From an uncultured Candidatus Poseidoniales archaeon (GTDB lineage: Archaea; Thermoplasmatota; Poseidoniia; Poseidoniales; Thalassarchaeaceae), in the NCBI GenBank assembly GCA_902573115.1, contig CACGIM010000002.1, positions 11,649 to 75,648 on the forward strand: a stretch of DNA of 64,000 nt, given 5' to 3'. Below the pieces are notes generated by a model that worked only from the letters and a program-made list of their open reading frames with translations, was not told where the DNA came from and did no database searches. Shown here one piece after another: positions 19,977 through 29,795 of the stretch. Numbering within the stretch: position 1 is the stretch's first letter; the number at the start of each line of letters is the position of its first letter. Made by a program: the position numbers and the translations under genes.

Positions 19977-20948
19977 CTAAATTAATCCGTCTAAAATACC
20001 ACTGAGATACGAAATGTAAACTAGGTAAGTAAGAATCATCATTGTTCCAATGTTTTTCGTAAACTCCTTCTCAGATATGAGCATCCATACTATGAATCCT
20101 GATGTTGCCATCACTACTAAGATGTCTCTTTGAAACTCTACATCGACAGGAATTCCATTCCCTACAATACTTGCAATCCCAATTATCCCCATGATGTTCA
20201 TCACATTGGAGCCAAGTACGTTTCCGACGGCAACCCCTCCTTGCCCTCTAAATCCGGCCACTAATGTAACAGCCAGTTCGGGCAAAGAAGTTCCCAGTGC
20301 TACCATTGTGAGCCCAATAACAGCCTCTGAGACTCCGAAAGTCTCAGCAATATTTGTCGAGCCCGTGACAAGTAATTCTGCACCGAACCATATCATTGCA
20401 CCGCCCAAAGCACAGGCTGGGATAGCAAGGGACATTTTGTTTGGAAGCCATGAGTCCTCGAACTCATACACATCTTCACCTGATATTGCAACTGAGTAGG
20501 TGTAGTAGTAGTAACCGATCAGGCACGCTAACATAACGATCCCTGCTAGAAAGGGAACTTTGCCAAAATAAACGAATATGGCCATGAAAAGAGTAGCGGC
20601 AACTACTGCCAAAGCATCTCTCTTTACTCCTATTTCTGTATCAGAATTAGCCCCCAATACGGCTGCTGCTCCCAAGACCAGCATCACGTTCGCGACATTA
20701 GAACCTAGAACACCTCCAACTGCAATATCTGGGGTATTGGCACTTATTGCGGCTAAAGCGACCGCTAGTTCTGGCAGGGAAGTACCCACTGCTACCACGG
20801 TGAAGCCAACTACCAATGGAGAAACGCTGAGGTTTTCCGATATTCTAGTGGCCCCCTGTACTAATCCCTCTCCACCTCCCATCAACAAGGCAAAGCCAGA
20901 TAGAACGAACAAAACGTCCAACAGGGTCTGTTCCACAATACGGCCCAT
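19977..20948 (-). CDS. Ca2+/Na+ antiporter (CaCA family, YrbG-like)
   Basis: Two alpha-repeats containing GTSLPELAV, 10 TM. Confidence 0.8.
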   Translation of the reverse strand: MGRIVEQTLLDVLFVLSGFALLMGGGEGLVQGATRISENLSVSPLVVGFTVVAVGTSLPELAVALAAISANTPDIAVGGVLGSNVANVMLVLGAAAVLGANSDTEIGVKRDALAVVAATLFMAIFVYFGKVPFLAGIVMLACLIGYYYYTYSVAISGEDVYEFEDSWLPNKMSLAIPACALGGAMIWFGAELLVTGSTNIAETFGVSEAVIGLTMVALGTSLPELAVTLVAGFRGQGGVAVGNVLGSNVMNIMGIIGIASIVGNGIPVDVEFQRDILVVMATSGFIVWMLISEKEFTKNIGTMMILTYLVYISYLSGILDGLI

Positions 20949-20992
20949 GATCGTTTACAGATTACTGTTTTCGTATTCCAAGACTGATTGAG

Positions 20993-23932
20993 TCAATCCA
21001 CAGATTTCCGAATATGTCTCAGAACAATCTCCACACTTGGGATTGTATGGTCCTCCAAGGTTGGAGAGAAGGGTACTGGGGTATCAAGTGCTCCCACCAC
21101 CACGGGAGCAGACTCTAATCTCCAAAATGACTCCTCTACGATCCTACTGACCACGGTGTGCCCAAAACCCCCGGTCCATTGGGCTTCCTGCAGAACTATC
21201 ACCCTACCGGTCCTGATTACAGATTGGATGCATGTATCTGCATCAAAAGGAAGTAGAGTTCTAAGATCGATGACCTCAACCTCGGTTCCATTTTTTGCAG
21301 CTTCTTCTGATGCTCTTAGAGCCACATGGACCATAGCTCCCCATGTTATTATTGTTATATCTCTACCACCTCTTAGAACTCGCGCCTCTCCAATTGAGAG
21401 CTGCCCTTTTGAAACCCTATTTTGGACAGCAGTTGTATCCACTATTTGGTTGATATTATCCCCCCAACCAGTCAATCCACCTCTCAAACCGTAAAGTCCA
21501 ATGTGTTCTAGGAAAACGACAGGATCTGGAAGTTGGTGGGACTCTATCAACAAATCATATGCATCCTGTGGATTGCTTGGGGCGACCAAAATCAATCCAG
21601 GATCATTAGCCATCCAGGATTCAATCATATTTGCGTGATATGGGCCGCTTCGAGTTTTAGCTCCCAATGGAATTCTAACTGTTAAGGGGACCTCTGCCCC
21701 CCACCTCCATCTTAGCTGAGCAGTATTATTTAACAACGGATTGAGGGCAAGTGCCGCAAATCCTCCAAATTGAATCTCTGCCAGGGGGCGCATGCCCCCC
21801 AATGCAGCTCCAGTAGCTGAGTGGATAATAATAGCCTCCGAGAGAGGCATGTCCAGGAGGGCCTTGTGATGGCCCTTCGACTTCAAAGGAAGATTCATTC
21901 CGAAGGCCCCAGCAACCTCCATGTCTTCTCCCATAAATACGATTTGATCTCCGAATTGATCTGCCAGAGTCGCCATGGCATTCTGAATTGACCTGCTATA
22001 ACTCCAAGAGTTGGGTGCATCGGAAAATTCGATTGATTGCTCTCCGGGTGCCAATGATTGGTCCACTTGCTTTAAGTCTCTATTTATTCTAGATAGTTGA
22101 TTTTCATGAGAGGAAGCGTCCTGAATTGAAGTGATGCCCATAACAACGGAGTTTCCCTCGGGCCATTCCATTTTTTCTAATTGCTCCCTAGACCTTAAGA
22201 TTGCAATTTCCTCCTTCTCAACCATTTCACTCAGCTCTCCTTCACTAACGCCCATGTTGATGAGAGCTTCCATGTGGTTCGGAAGAGGGTCTTTATTTGA
22301 CCAATATGAAATCAAATCCCTATCTACATAGCCCGGAGGATTACCCGAAGCGGCCCCAAGATACAAATCATCATGATGATGGGCATGTCCGCAGCCTCTC
22401 ATTGTCTCGACATGGATTAGAGTTGCCCCCCCTCCGCTTAATGCGAATTCTCTGGAAACCGCAGTAGATGAATAGAAACTAGTTGGATCGGATCCATCGA
22501 TTGTCCAAGATGGGATTCCCATCCCGTGTCCTTTGTCGCCGAATGTTTCTGCTCCGGATTGTGAAGATGCGAATGTGTCTAGGGCAATTTGATTATTCTG
22601 AATCATGTAGCAAATTGGAAGGCCGCGAACACCCGCGAAATTCATAGCCTCCCAAAATTCTCCACTGCTACTGCAACCCTCGCCAACAGGTGCTAGATGG
22701 AACCTTTCAATTCCCAATCTCTTAGCAGCAAGAGCCACTCCAGTTGTTGTTGCACTGGCTATTGGCAGTGGTGCGGTGGGCGGTAAGATTCTCTTTTCCC
22801 AGTTCCCAATATGTAAGTCTCTTCCGCCACATCCCTCATGTCCACCGTTCATGTATGATTCTGATTTACCCATTTGGGCAGAAAGAACCTCGATCGTTGT
22901 TTGCCCCATTGCCAAAGCAAGACCAACATCTCTGATCATGGGCGCGACGACATCTGCCTTATGGGACTCATTTTTAGGAAGATCAACTGCTCTAATCAGT
23001 GCCGAGGCACATGCAACCACGCCTTCCTGCCATGTAGATCTGAATCCTTTTCCTCCAAATTTGCTCCCATCTGGAGCTGGTAAACCAGAGGTAAATAGGT
23101 CCTTTAGTTGCTCATCAACTAGTCTTGTTCTTGTCATCCATTTTTGCCATTGAATTCTCTGACCGATTGTAACCGAATAAGAATGTGCAATTCTTCTCAA
23201 GCAAAGACTCACGTCGATCAGGAATCTTTCTGCTCTTCTTGCAAGGTGAACATAACCACCCCTAAGTGGAATAACCTCCAGACCCCCCAGCTCTAGGAGG
23301 TCAGGTTCGAGCAATCTATCTGAAAGTTTTGCCCTGAGTTTGGAAACGAAAAAAATAGAAAAATCGTGGAACTCTTTCCCGTTGAATTGTTCCTTTTTTT
23401 CACATTCATTCCAGCAGTCCAATACAAGATTGAGATAACCATCATGCCTTTCGGCCATGAACCTAATTAGCTCATTACGCGCTGAATCCTCTTTGATCGG
23501 CCTTGAAAACTCTAATGGGGATTCTGGGCTCCAACCCAGGCCCCAAATTACAGGCAAATCAGATTGTTTAGCAGGCTCCCCGTAAATCTGTTGTTTTGCT
23601 GATGGTTCACTAACATTATTTTCGTTCCTCTTTTTTGCCTCTTCTTGTAGTATTGCCATGTTTGTATTGGGTTTTCTCTCCCAAATCACAACCTCTCTGG
23701 ACCTTCCCTTGCCAGAGGAAGAGCGGTCTATGGTGGCCCTGACTCTTTTTCCGCAGCTTGAACAGCGCCTATCTAATTTGTTTCCGTTATTGGATTTAAT
23801 TTTCCAAGTCTGATGAAAACCACACTTAGGGCATTGCCAGACTCCTCTCCTCACCCCTCCCATAGGGCTGGCAAGACATACTACTACAACAATTATTCGG
23901 ATTATTGAATAGTCTTTTACCACATTATTCAT
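20993..23932 (-). CDS. Fused 2-oxoacid dehydrogenase E1 component (alpha and beta in one polypeptide) with an N-terminal extension of about 280 aa that includes a Cys4 Zn ribbon
   Basis: TPP motif GEGCSSSGEFWEAMNFAGVRGLPICYMIQNN. The transketolase-like Pyr domain and C-terminal domain follow (IVFMGEDME..., NPQDAYDLL). Zn-ribbon CPKCG..CSSCG near the N-terminus. No E2 or E3 gene is nearby. Confidence 0.75.
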   Translation of the reverse strand: MNNVVKDYSIIRIIVVVVCLASPMGGVRRGVWQCPKCGFHQTWKIKSNNGNKLDRRCSSCGKRVRATIDRSSSGKGRSREVVIWERKPNTNMAILQEEAKKRNENNVSEPSAKQQIYGEPAKQSDLPVIWGLGWSPESPLEFSRPIKEDSARNELIRFMAERHDGYLNLVLDCWNECEKKEQFNGKEFHDFSIFFVSKLRAKLSDRLLEPDLLELGGLEVIPLRGGYVHLARRAERFLIDVSLCLRRIAHSYSVTIGQRIQWQKWMTRTRLVDEQLKDLFTSGLPAPDGSKFGGKGFRSTWQEGVVACASALIRAVDLPKNESHKADVVAPMIRDVGLALAMGQTTIEVLSAQMGKSESYMNGGHEGCGGRDLHIGNWEKRILPPTAPLPIASATTTGVALAAKRLGIERFHLAPVGEGCSSSGEFWEAMNFAGVRGLPICYMIQNNQIALDTFASSQSGAETFGDKGHGMGIPSWTIDGSDPTSFYSSTAVSREFALSGGGATLIHVETMRGCGHAHHHDDLYLGAASGNPPGYVDRDLISYWSNKDPLPNHMEALINMGVSEGELSEMVEKEEIAILRSREQLEKMEWPEGNSVVMGITSIQDASSHENQLSRINRDLKQVDQSLAPGEQSIEFSDAPNSWSYSRSIQNAMATLADQFGDQIVFMGEDMEVAGAFGMNLPLKSKGHHKALLDMPLSEAIIIHSATGAALGGMRPLAEIQFGGFAALALNPLLNNTAQLRWRWGAEVPLTVRIPLGAKTRSGPYHANMIESWMANDPGLILVAPSNPQDAYDLLIESHQLPDPVVFLEHIGLYGLRGGLTGWGDNINQIVDTTAVQNRVSKGQLSIGEARVLRGGRDITIITWGAMVHVALRASEEAAKNGTEVEVIDLRTLLPFDADTCIQSVIRTGRVIVLQEAQWTGGFGHTVVSRIVEESFWRLESAPVVVGALDTPVPFSPTLEDHTIPSVEIVLRHIRKSVD

Positions 23933-23976
23933 AAATTATCGAAAAATCTTCATCAAAATTGATTTATTTGTGTTTA

Positions 23977-24096
23977 AAACCACAATAAAAAGGTAGACTA
24001 AGTATATTTTTACCGTATAAAATATATACTTTTACTTTTACATGTATATTATTCTTTGAAACCACAATAAAAAGATTAACTTAATTCCATTTTACC
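23977..24096. repeat. AT-rich intergenic region with an imperfect direct repeat of about 82-bp period (identical 16-mer aaaccacaataaaaag twice, each followed about 20 nt later by attttacc)
   Basis: Read directly from the sequence at 23977-23992 and 24059-24074. Lies between the moeZ stop and the E1 start. Confidence 0.6.
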
Positions 24097-24098
24097 AC

Positions 24099-25250
24099 TT
24101 AATATTTTATTATTGATGAGTCTATGGTATCAGACCATAGATGAATCCCTCCCAGTAGATTGTACACATTTTCCTTGCTCCACCCATTATCTGACAGAAA
24201 TCTGACAACCGCATCTGATCTAACCCCTGTCCTGCAATATACCACAATGTCATTATCTCTTGGCAACTCTTGCATTTTCGACGGGACTTCCAAATGCATT
24301 ATTCTCAAATCGGTCCCTTGCAATGAAGTAATTGCCTCCTCATCGGCTCTTCTCACATCTAAAAGGAAAGGTTTCCAACCTTGAGCACGCTTATTCACGA
24401 AATCAATCGGGGAAATTTCCAAAGTGTTCGAGGAAGTTGGATCTACAGGATCTTGTGTGGGCTCGCAAGCGGCCATTACAAGCTCTTCTGACATTTCTGT
24501 AATTGGCTTTCTTGTTGTGTCTTTACCGTAAGTTAGTAGTCGGGTAGCCATTGTTTTGACGTCAATTACCAACAATTGACCGGATAGGGATTTGCCGATT
24601 CCAAGTAGGATTTTAATCGCTTCACTAGCTTGCATAGTTCCGATAATTCCAGGAAGAACGCCCAATACCCCGGCTTCAGCACAATTCGGAGCTAGCTCAG
24701 GGGATGGTGCGGATGGGAACAAATCTCGATAATTTGGGCCATTATTGTAGTTGAATACACTAACCTGACCTTCGAATCTATGTATGCTTCCAAAAATCCA
24801 TGGCGTACCCAGAATTTCACAAGCATCACTGATTGTGTATCGAGTGGGAAAATTGTCTGAACCATCAATGACAACATCCCATCCCGCCAGCAAATGGAGA
24901 GAGTTCCCTGCATTTAATCTGGTATTGAAACTCACAACATCTACTCCAGGATTCAATTCTGATATACTCCTTCTTGCCGAATCCGATTTCAACGAGCCGA
25001 CATCAGATGTGGAGTGAATAATCTGTCTTTGAAGATTGGAAATGTCAACTTCATCGTCATCAATAATTCCAATTTTACCTATTCCTGCGGCTGCCAGATA
25101 TAGAAGAGCAGGAGATCCTAGGCCTCCAGCCCCAATCACCATTACTGATGACTGGCGCAATGCTTTCTGACCATCCTCCCCCACATCTGGTAGAATTATG
25201 TGGCGCGCGTATCTAGCTCGCTCATTTGGGCTCAATTGATCTTTTGCCAT
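24099..25250 (-). CDS. moeZ: MoeB/ThiF-type E1-like adenylyltransferase with C-terminal rhodanese domain (MoeZ/UbaA-like)
   Basis: GAGGLGSP nucleotide-binding motif and CxxC pairs, C-terminal rhodanese with the catalytic CRTG motif. Confidence 0.8.
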   Translation of the reverse strand: MAKDQLSPNERARYARHIILPDVGEDGQKALRQSSVMVIGAGGLGSPALLYLAAAGIGKIGIIDDDEVDISNLQRQIIHSTSDVGSLKSDSARRSISELNPGVDVVSFNTRLNAGNSLHLLAGWDVVIDGSDNFPTRYTISDACEILGTPWIFGSIHRFEGQVSVFNYNNGPNYRDLFPSAPSPELAPNCAEAGVLGVLPGIIGTMQASEAIKILLGIGKSLSGQLLVIDVKTMATRLLTYGKDTTRKPITEMSEELVMAACEPTQDPVDPTSSNTLEISPIDFVNKRAQGWKPFLLDVRRADEEAITSLQGTDLRIMHLEVPSKMQELPRDNDIVVYCRTGVRSDAVVRFLSDNGWSKENVYNLLGGIHLWSDTIDSSIIKY

Positions 25251-25259
25251 ATCTTCAGC

Positions 25260-26219
25260 TCAGTGTTGATCCTCTAACCACCTCTCGGCATCAATAGCGG
25301 CCTGACAACCCATTCCAGCGGCTGTGATGGCTTGTCTGTATCTCGTATCTACCACATCTCCTGCCGCAAATACCCCGGGGACACTGGTCATAGTGTGTTC
25401 CTGAGGAAGGATGTAACCAGAATCATCGGTTTCTAGCTGCCCTTCCAGGAAAGCTGTGATTGGCTTGTGACCGATTGCTATGAATGCTCCAGTGCAATTA
25501 ATCTCCTCGATTTTTCTATCTCTTGGGTCCTCTAGAATTGCGCCCTCTAGTCCATTTTCTCCCGCTATCCAACTTTTGACCTGTCTGTGGGTTTTTATCT
25601 CGATCTTCGGATGATCTGCGGCCCTTTCGTACATCACCTTGGAAGCTCTAAACACATCCCTGCGATGAATTATAGTGACCTTGCTCGCAAAACGAGTTAG
25701 AAAAGTTGCCTCCTCCATTGCAGAATCTCCGCCTCCAACTACAATTATTTCTTCATCTTTAAAGAAAGCACCATCACATGTGGCACAGGTTGAGATCCCC
25801 CTGCCTTTTTGATCGTCCTCGCCGTCTGCACCTAGCCAAATGGCCTCTGCTCCGGTGCAGATAATCAATGATTGGGACCTGTATTCCTCCCCCTCGACCC
25901 AAACTGTGAACGGTCGCTTCGTCAGGTCGACTCTCTCGACATTCTTGTCCTGAATCTCAAGTCCGAACCTTTCAGCTTGCTCCCTCATGTCAATCATCAT
26001 CTCAGGCCCACCTATTCCTTTCGGATATCCGGGAAAATTTTCGACGTCTGAAGTCAGCATCAATTGCCCCCCAGACATATACCCTGCAAACATCAATGGT
26101 TCGAGGAGTGCTCTTGCAGAGTACAAACCTGCGGTGTATCCAGCAGGCCCCGAACCAACGATGATCACGTTTCGTACGTCGACGCCCATAAGCCCTCCAG
26201 ACACCCGACATCCTTTCAA
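25260..26219 (-). CDS. trxB: Thioredoxin-disulfide reductase
   Basis: GSGPAGYTAG FAD motif, redox-active CATC, GGGDSA NADPH motif. Confidence 0.85.
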   Translation of the reverse strand: MKGCRVSGGLMGVDVRNVIIVGSGPAGYTAGLYSARALLEPLMFAGYMSGGQLMLTSDVENFPGYPKGIGGPEMMIDMREQAERFGLEIQDKNVERVDLTKRPFTVWVEGEEYRSQSLIICTGAEAIWLGADGEDDQKGRGISTCATCDGAFFKDEEIIVVGGGDSAMEEATFLTRFASKVTIIHRRDVFRASKVMYERAADHPKIEIKTHRQVKSWIAGENGLEGAILEDPRDRKIEEINCTGAFIAIGHKPITAFLEGQLETDDSGYILPQEHTMTSVPGVFAAGDVVDTRYRQAITAAGMGCQAAIDAERWLEDQH

Positions 26220-26289
26220 TCTTGAGAGTCGTCATACTTCAGAAACCAAATGGAAAATAATAATATATCAATCCCAATAAACCAGTATC

Positions 26290-26613
26290 ATGCCAAAATA
26301 CATGTATTCTGGAAACTACACAGAAAAAGGAGTAGCTGGACTTCTAAAGGATGGAGGAAAGGCCCGCCACGAGGAAGCAGAAAGAAGCGCGGAAGCTATG
26401 GGAGGGTCATTGGAAGCGTACTACTGGGCCTATGGTACAATGGACTTCTTAATGATAGTAGACATCCCATCGGAGGCTATGGCAATCAGATTCTCCCTCC
26501 ACGTTGGAGCATCCGGCGTCTTCAATGGGAAATTGACGCCACTGATTTCCGTAGAACAAATGGAGTCAGCCACATCAACTGATCTCCCAGAAGTGAGGCT
26601 GCCCGGCGAGTGA
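26290..26613 (+). CDS. GYD-domain small protein
   Basis: About 107 aa. The MPKYM... N-terminus and AYGTMDF region fit the GYD family pattern. A TATA-like aataataatatat sits about 25 nt upstream. Confidence 0.4.
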   Translation: MPKYMYSGNYTEKGVAGLLKDGGKARHEEAERSAEAMGGSLEAYYWAYGTMDFLMIVDIPSEAMAIRFSLHVGASGVFNGKLTPLISVEQMESATSTDLPEVRLPGE

Positions 26614-26618
26614 ATCGG

Positions 26619-27014
26619 TTACTCGGACATTGCCGCGACAGCACCTACTGCTGCTCTGGCGTGAGGCTCCAACCTAGGTCCGATATGCTGGGGTTCTGCC
26701 CCGGGGCCGATGATTCCGAGTCCGATAGGTTTGTTGTGAGTTATCTGAAGCTCAATCACTGCTTTGGTCACTGACTGCCCCATGACCAGACCATGGTCTG
26801 TTTCTCCCCTTTCAATTATGCCAAGGACTATCGCCCCGTCTACATTATCCTTCTTTAGCATCCTATCGAGTGCTAAGGGTGCCTCCATTGAACCTGGGAC
26901 CCAAATGATTTCAGAAACAACCCAATTCTTTGACTCTGCTTCTTGTATGGCGAATTCTAACATACTTTCGACTTCTTCTCTGTGGAAGGATCCGCAAACT
27001 ATTCCCAAATTCAT
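26619..27014 (-). CDS. ribH: 6,7-dimethyl-8-ribityllumazine synthase
   Basis: About 131 aa, the archaeal-length lumazine synthase pattern (GSMEAP, GLGIIGPG). Confidence 0.8.
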   Translation of the reverse strand: MNLGIVCGSFHREEVESMLEFAIQEAESKNWVVSEIIWVPGSMEAPLALDRMLKKDNVDGAIVLGIIERGETDHGLVMGQSVTKAVIELQITHNKPIGLGIIGPGAEPQHIGPRLEPHARAAVGAVAAMSE

Positions 27015-27628
27015 TTATTTTCCTCCATTCTCATCATTGTCTCTACTATTGCCTGAGTTCTTGAGTCAACCTCTATATTGACTTCTTGTCCGACTTGCTT
27101 ATCACCTATCGTCGTCACCCTTATCGTCTCCGGAATGATATACAAATGGAACACGTCTTCTGAAACTTCCCCGACTGTGAGAGACATACCATCAACCGCT
27201 ATGTATCCCTTCTCAAGTATGAATGGCCTACAAGAGTCTGGATTTTCCAAAACTAAGCTAATTCCATCATCTACATGATCCCTAGCCATTATTCTGGCCT
27301 TAGTCAAAATGTGCCCTGATAGAATGTGCCCCCCCAGTTCGTCTCCTAGTTTCAGTGACCTTTCGATATTAACAATGTCTCCTGTTTTTTTATTTCCCAT
27401 AGTAGATTTGCCAAGAGTTTCCTCAATTGCATCGAACTTAGCAATACATCCATCAAGAGAAACTACAGTCATACAAACCCCATCAAGAGCAACACTAGCT
27501 CCGATTTCCAATCCTTCAGTGAAACCCTCCAAGTCAATTGAAAAAGTCGAGATAGAGCCATTTTGAACCACATTGGTAATAGTTGCCTTTCCGTCTACAA
27601 TTCCTGTGAACATACTAATCCTCCTCAT
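27011..27628 (-). CDS. ribE: Riboflavin synthase (lumazine-binding, bacterial/eukaryotic-type alpha chain)
   Basis: MFTGIV N-terminus and duplicated lumazine-binding repeats (GASVALDGVCMTV / SLTV). Confidence 0.8.
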   Translation of the reverse strand: MRRISMFTGIVDGKATITNVVQNGSISTFSIDLEGFTEGLEIGASVALDGVCMTVVSLDGCIAKFDAIEETLGKSTMGNKKTGDIVNIERSLKLGDELGGHILSGHILTKARIMARDHVDDGISLVLENPDSCRPFILEKGYIAVDGMSLTVGEVSEDVFHLYIIPETIRVTTIGDKQVGQEVNIEVDSRTQAIVETMMRMEENK

Positions 27629-28073
27629 ATGGTCCGCCCTTCGTTCCCGGCCAGAGATCTAGAATTCTTGCAATTATTTTTCTTGTCCCATCAAGATCAT
27701 CTGAGAGACCTTCGACCCGGGTGACCTGTACGTGGCCATAACCATGTTCTTCTAGGCCGTTTCTTATAGCGTCAATAGAATGCTTCTGATCATATCCCAA
27801 AGCGATAATGTCAGGCTTAACGGCCTCCAGAATATCAAAAATCGGTATTCCGGGAGGGTTTCCAATGATTGCTTGATCAACTGGCTTTAATCCCTCAACC
27901 ATCCTTCTTCTGAGATTCTGCCCTGTGACTGGCTCGTGTTTCTGTATTCTTACAGTCTCATCATGGGCGATCACGACCACTAGCTCATGGCCCAGTGACT
28001 TTGCCTGCTCAACATAATGAAGATGCCCTGCATGCAGAAGATCAAAAATCCCAACGGCCATCACTCTAACCAT
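27615..28073 (-). CDS. ribL: Archaeal FAD synthetase (CTP-dependent FMN adenylyltransferase)
   Basis: Cytidylyltransferase-fold motif GIFDLLHAGH, about 150 aa. Confidence 0.75.
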   Translation of the reverse strand: MVRVMAVGIFDLLHAGHLHYVEQAKSLGHELVVVIAHDETVRIQKHEPVTGQNLRRRMVEGLKPVDQAIIGNPPGIPIFDILEAVKPDIIALGYDQKHSIDAIRNGLEEHGYGHVQVTRVEGLSDDLDGTRKIIARILDLWPGTKGGPYEED

Positions 28074-28103
28074 GCTACAGTCCTTTGTTTTCCAAATTAG
28101 TCT

Positions 28104-28820
28104 TTAATCAATTGCAGAAGTAATTTCTTCTCCAGTGATCATTGGAATTCCGTTTGCAAGAGAGTATGCCCTTGCGCCATCGAGAGAAAGAGCTCCATCC
28201 CCCTCCGGTTCTAGCATTTCGGCCCCTATCGTGCAGGGCACCATTCCAGCAAGTCTGGCAATGGAAACCGCCAATTCTGTGTGGCCTTGTCTAGTCTTCA
28301 GGCCGCCAGGAGCCTCTCTGCATACAGGTATGTGTCCCGGAGTCCTAAATTCTAAGCCAAATGCCGTAATGGCATCTTCGCTACTTCTTCCGATCATCTC
28401 CCCAGAGAGCTCTCCGAACCTTCTAGTCGTAAGTGCCCTATCTCTGTCGGTGATTCCAGTGAATGTTTCTCTGTGATTCAATGAGAGCGTGAAAGCCGAT
28501 CGATTGTCGTATTGGAGGTCATCGGTAATGAGTTTACCAAGAACGGGATTCTCTTCTACAAGAGTTGGATGAGTGTGAATATCTTGCAACCAAGGTAACC
28601 CAAAGATCTCGCCAATCTCATTTCCTATCGCAAGGAATAACAACCCACCGCAGTCATTTCTGAGTGTTCTGATCACCTCAGGAGTGGCAGCACTAGCTGG
28701 CCACAGCAAATCGGTCTCCCTTTCTCTGAAATCTGAATCGAATACCATTACAGGTTTTCCTGTTGCAAATGCAGCTATCGCTCTCCCTACCTCCGACTCC
28801 ATGTCTACCGGAGGGGTCAT
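28104..28820 (-). CDS. ribB: 3,4-dihydroxy-2-butanone 4-phosphate synthase
   Basis: Matches the DHBP synthase pattern (VFDSDFRERETDL, TGITD.DRA). Confidence 0.8.
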   Translation of the reverse strand: MTPPVDMESEVGRAIAAFATGKPVMVFDSDFRERETDLLWPASAATPEVIRTLRNDCGGLLFLAIGNEIGEIFGLPWLQDIHTHPTLVEENPVLGKLITDDLQYDNRSAFTLSLNHRETFTGITDRDRALTTRRFGELSGEMIGRSSEDAITAFGLEFRTPGHIPVCREAPGGLKTRQGHTELAVSIARLAGMVPCTIGAEMLEPEGDGALSLDGARAYSLANGIPMITGEEITSAID

Positions 28821-28877
28821 ACCTACCCTTTCTTTTCGGTCTAGAAAAAGTCATGTTTACCGACGGTAGCGCAAAGT

Positions 28878-29750
28878 ATGGTGGATATCGTGAAGGCTTC
28901 AGCACCCCTAAGGGTAGATCTTGCCGGAGGATGGACTGATGTAGCGCCTTTCCCTTCGGATTTTGGAGGTGAAGTTGTTAACTTTGCAATAAACAAGAGA
29001 GTTGTTGCAACACGTGATGTGAAATCTACAGATTATCCTCTGGAGTTTGACTTCCCGGTTCCAAGGGGGTCCGGACTTGGTACTAGCTCGGCGATGTATG
29101 TGGCGATTTCAGCACTTTCTTCTACCAAGGAGGCTTCTGGGCCAAGGATAATGGCAGAGGAGGCCCACAAAATGGAATATCAAAGCGGCAACTTATGTGG
29201 TAGACAAGACCAGTGGGCGTCTGCTTTGGGGGGTTTCAATCACCTACTTTTCCTTGGAGATTCAGTCGAAGAGATGCCATTTGAGCCAGCCAAGTCTGCA
29301 AAAAATTGGTTGAAGAAACACCTAATTATCTCATTTTCCGGTATTTCAAGAAATTCTGGCGAAATGCAGAGGTCTGTATGGGAGTCTTATTCCAGGGGAG
29401 AGGGCAAAACATTGGAAGGACTACACAGAATCAGAGGAGCGGTCAAACCTATGGCTATTGGACTTCAGCAGGATAGAAGGGACATGGTGGTGACTTCATT
29501 AGGTGAGATTTGCAAAGGAGTAGATTTGATTAATCCCGAGATTCATGATCCATTTCGCTCAGTTGTATACCCTCTAATCGAAAATGGGTCGGTCGCAGCA
29601 TGGAAAGCACTTGGAGCCGGCGGAGGTGGATGTTCGGCTATTCTTTGTTCTCCTTTTGGATTGGATACGGCCAACGAAGCGCTTAGAAATGCCGGATGGG
29701 AAATTATTGATTGGGATTTTGAGGATGAAGGTGTAATGCTAGGAACATGA
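28878..29750 (+). CDS. GHMP-family sugar kinase (HddA/fucokinase-like)
   Basis: N-terminal APLRVDLAGGWTDV motif typical of the GHMP sugar-1-kinase/HddA clade, GHMP motif PRGSGLGTSSA, C-terminal GAGGGGC. Confidence 0.5.
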   Translation: MVDIVKASAPLRVDLAGGWTDVAPFPSDFGGEVVNFAINKRVVATRDVKSTDYPLEFDFPVPRGSGLGTSSAMYVAISALSSTKEASGPRIMAEEAHKMEYQSGNLCGRQDQWASALGGFNHLLFLGDSVEEMPFEPAKSAKNWLKKHLIISFSGISRNSGEMQRSVWESYSRGEGKTLEGLHRIRGAVKPMAIGLQQDRRDMVVTSLGEICKGVDLINPEIHDPFRSVVYPLIENGSVAAWKALGAGGGGCSAILCSPFGLDTANEALRNAGWEIIDWDFEDEGVMLGT

Positions 29751-29795
29751 TACTATAGTCCGAACGCTCAAACCTAACCTTGGTCTCCGGGCATC

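Noticed and set aside
20993-23932. E1 alpha and E1 beta as separate genes
   Set aside because: The alpha (TPP) and beta (Pyr/C-terminal) domains are in one continuous frame, so this is a true fusion.
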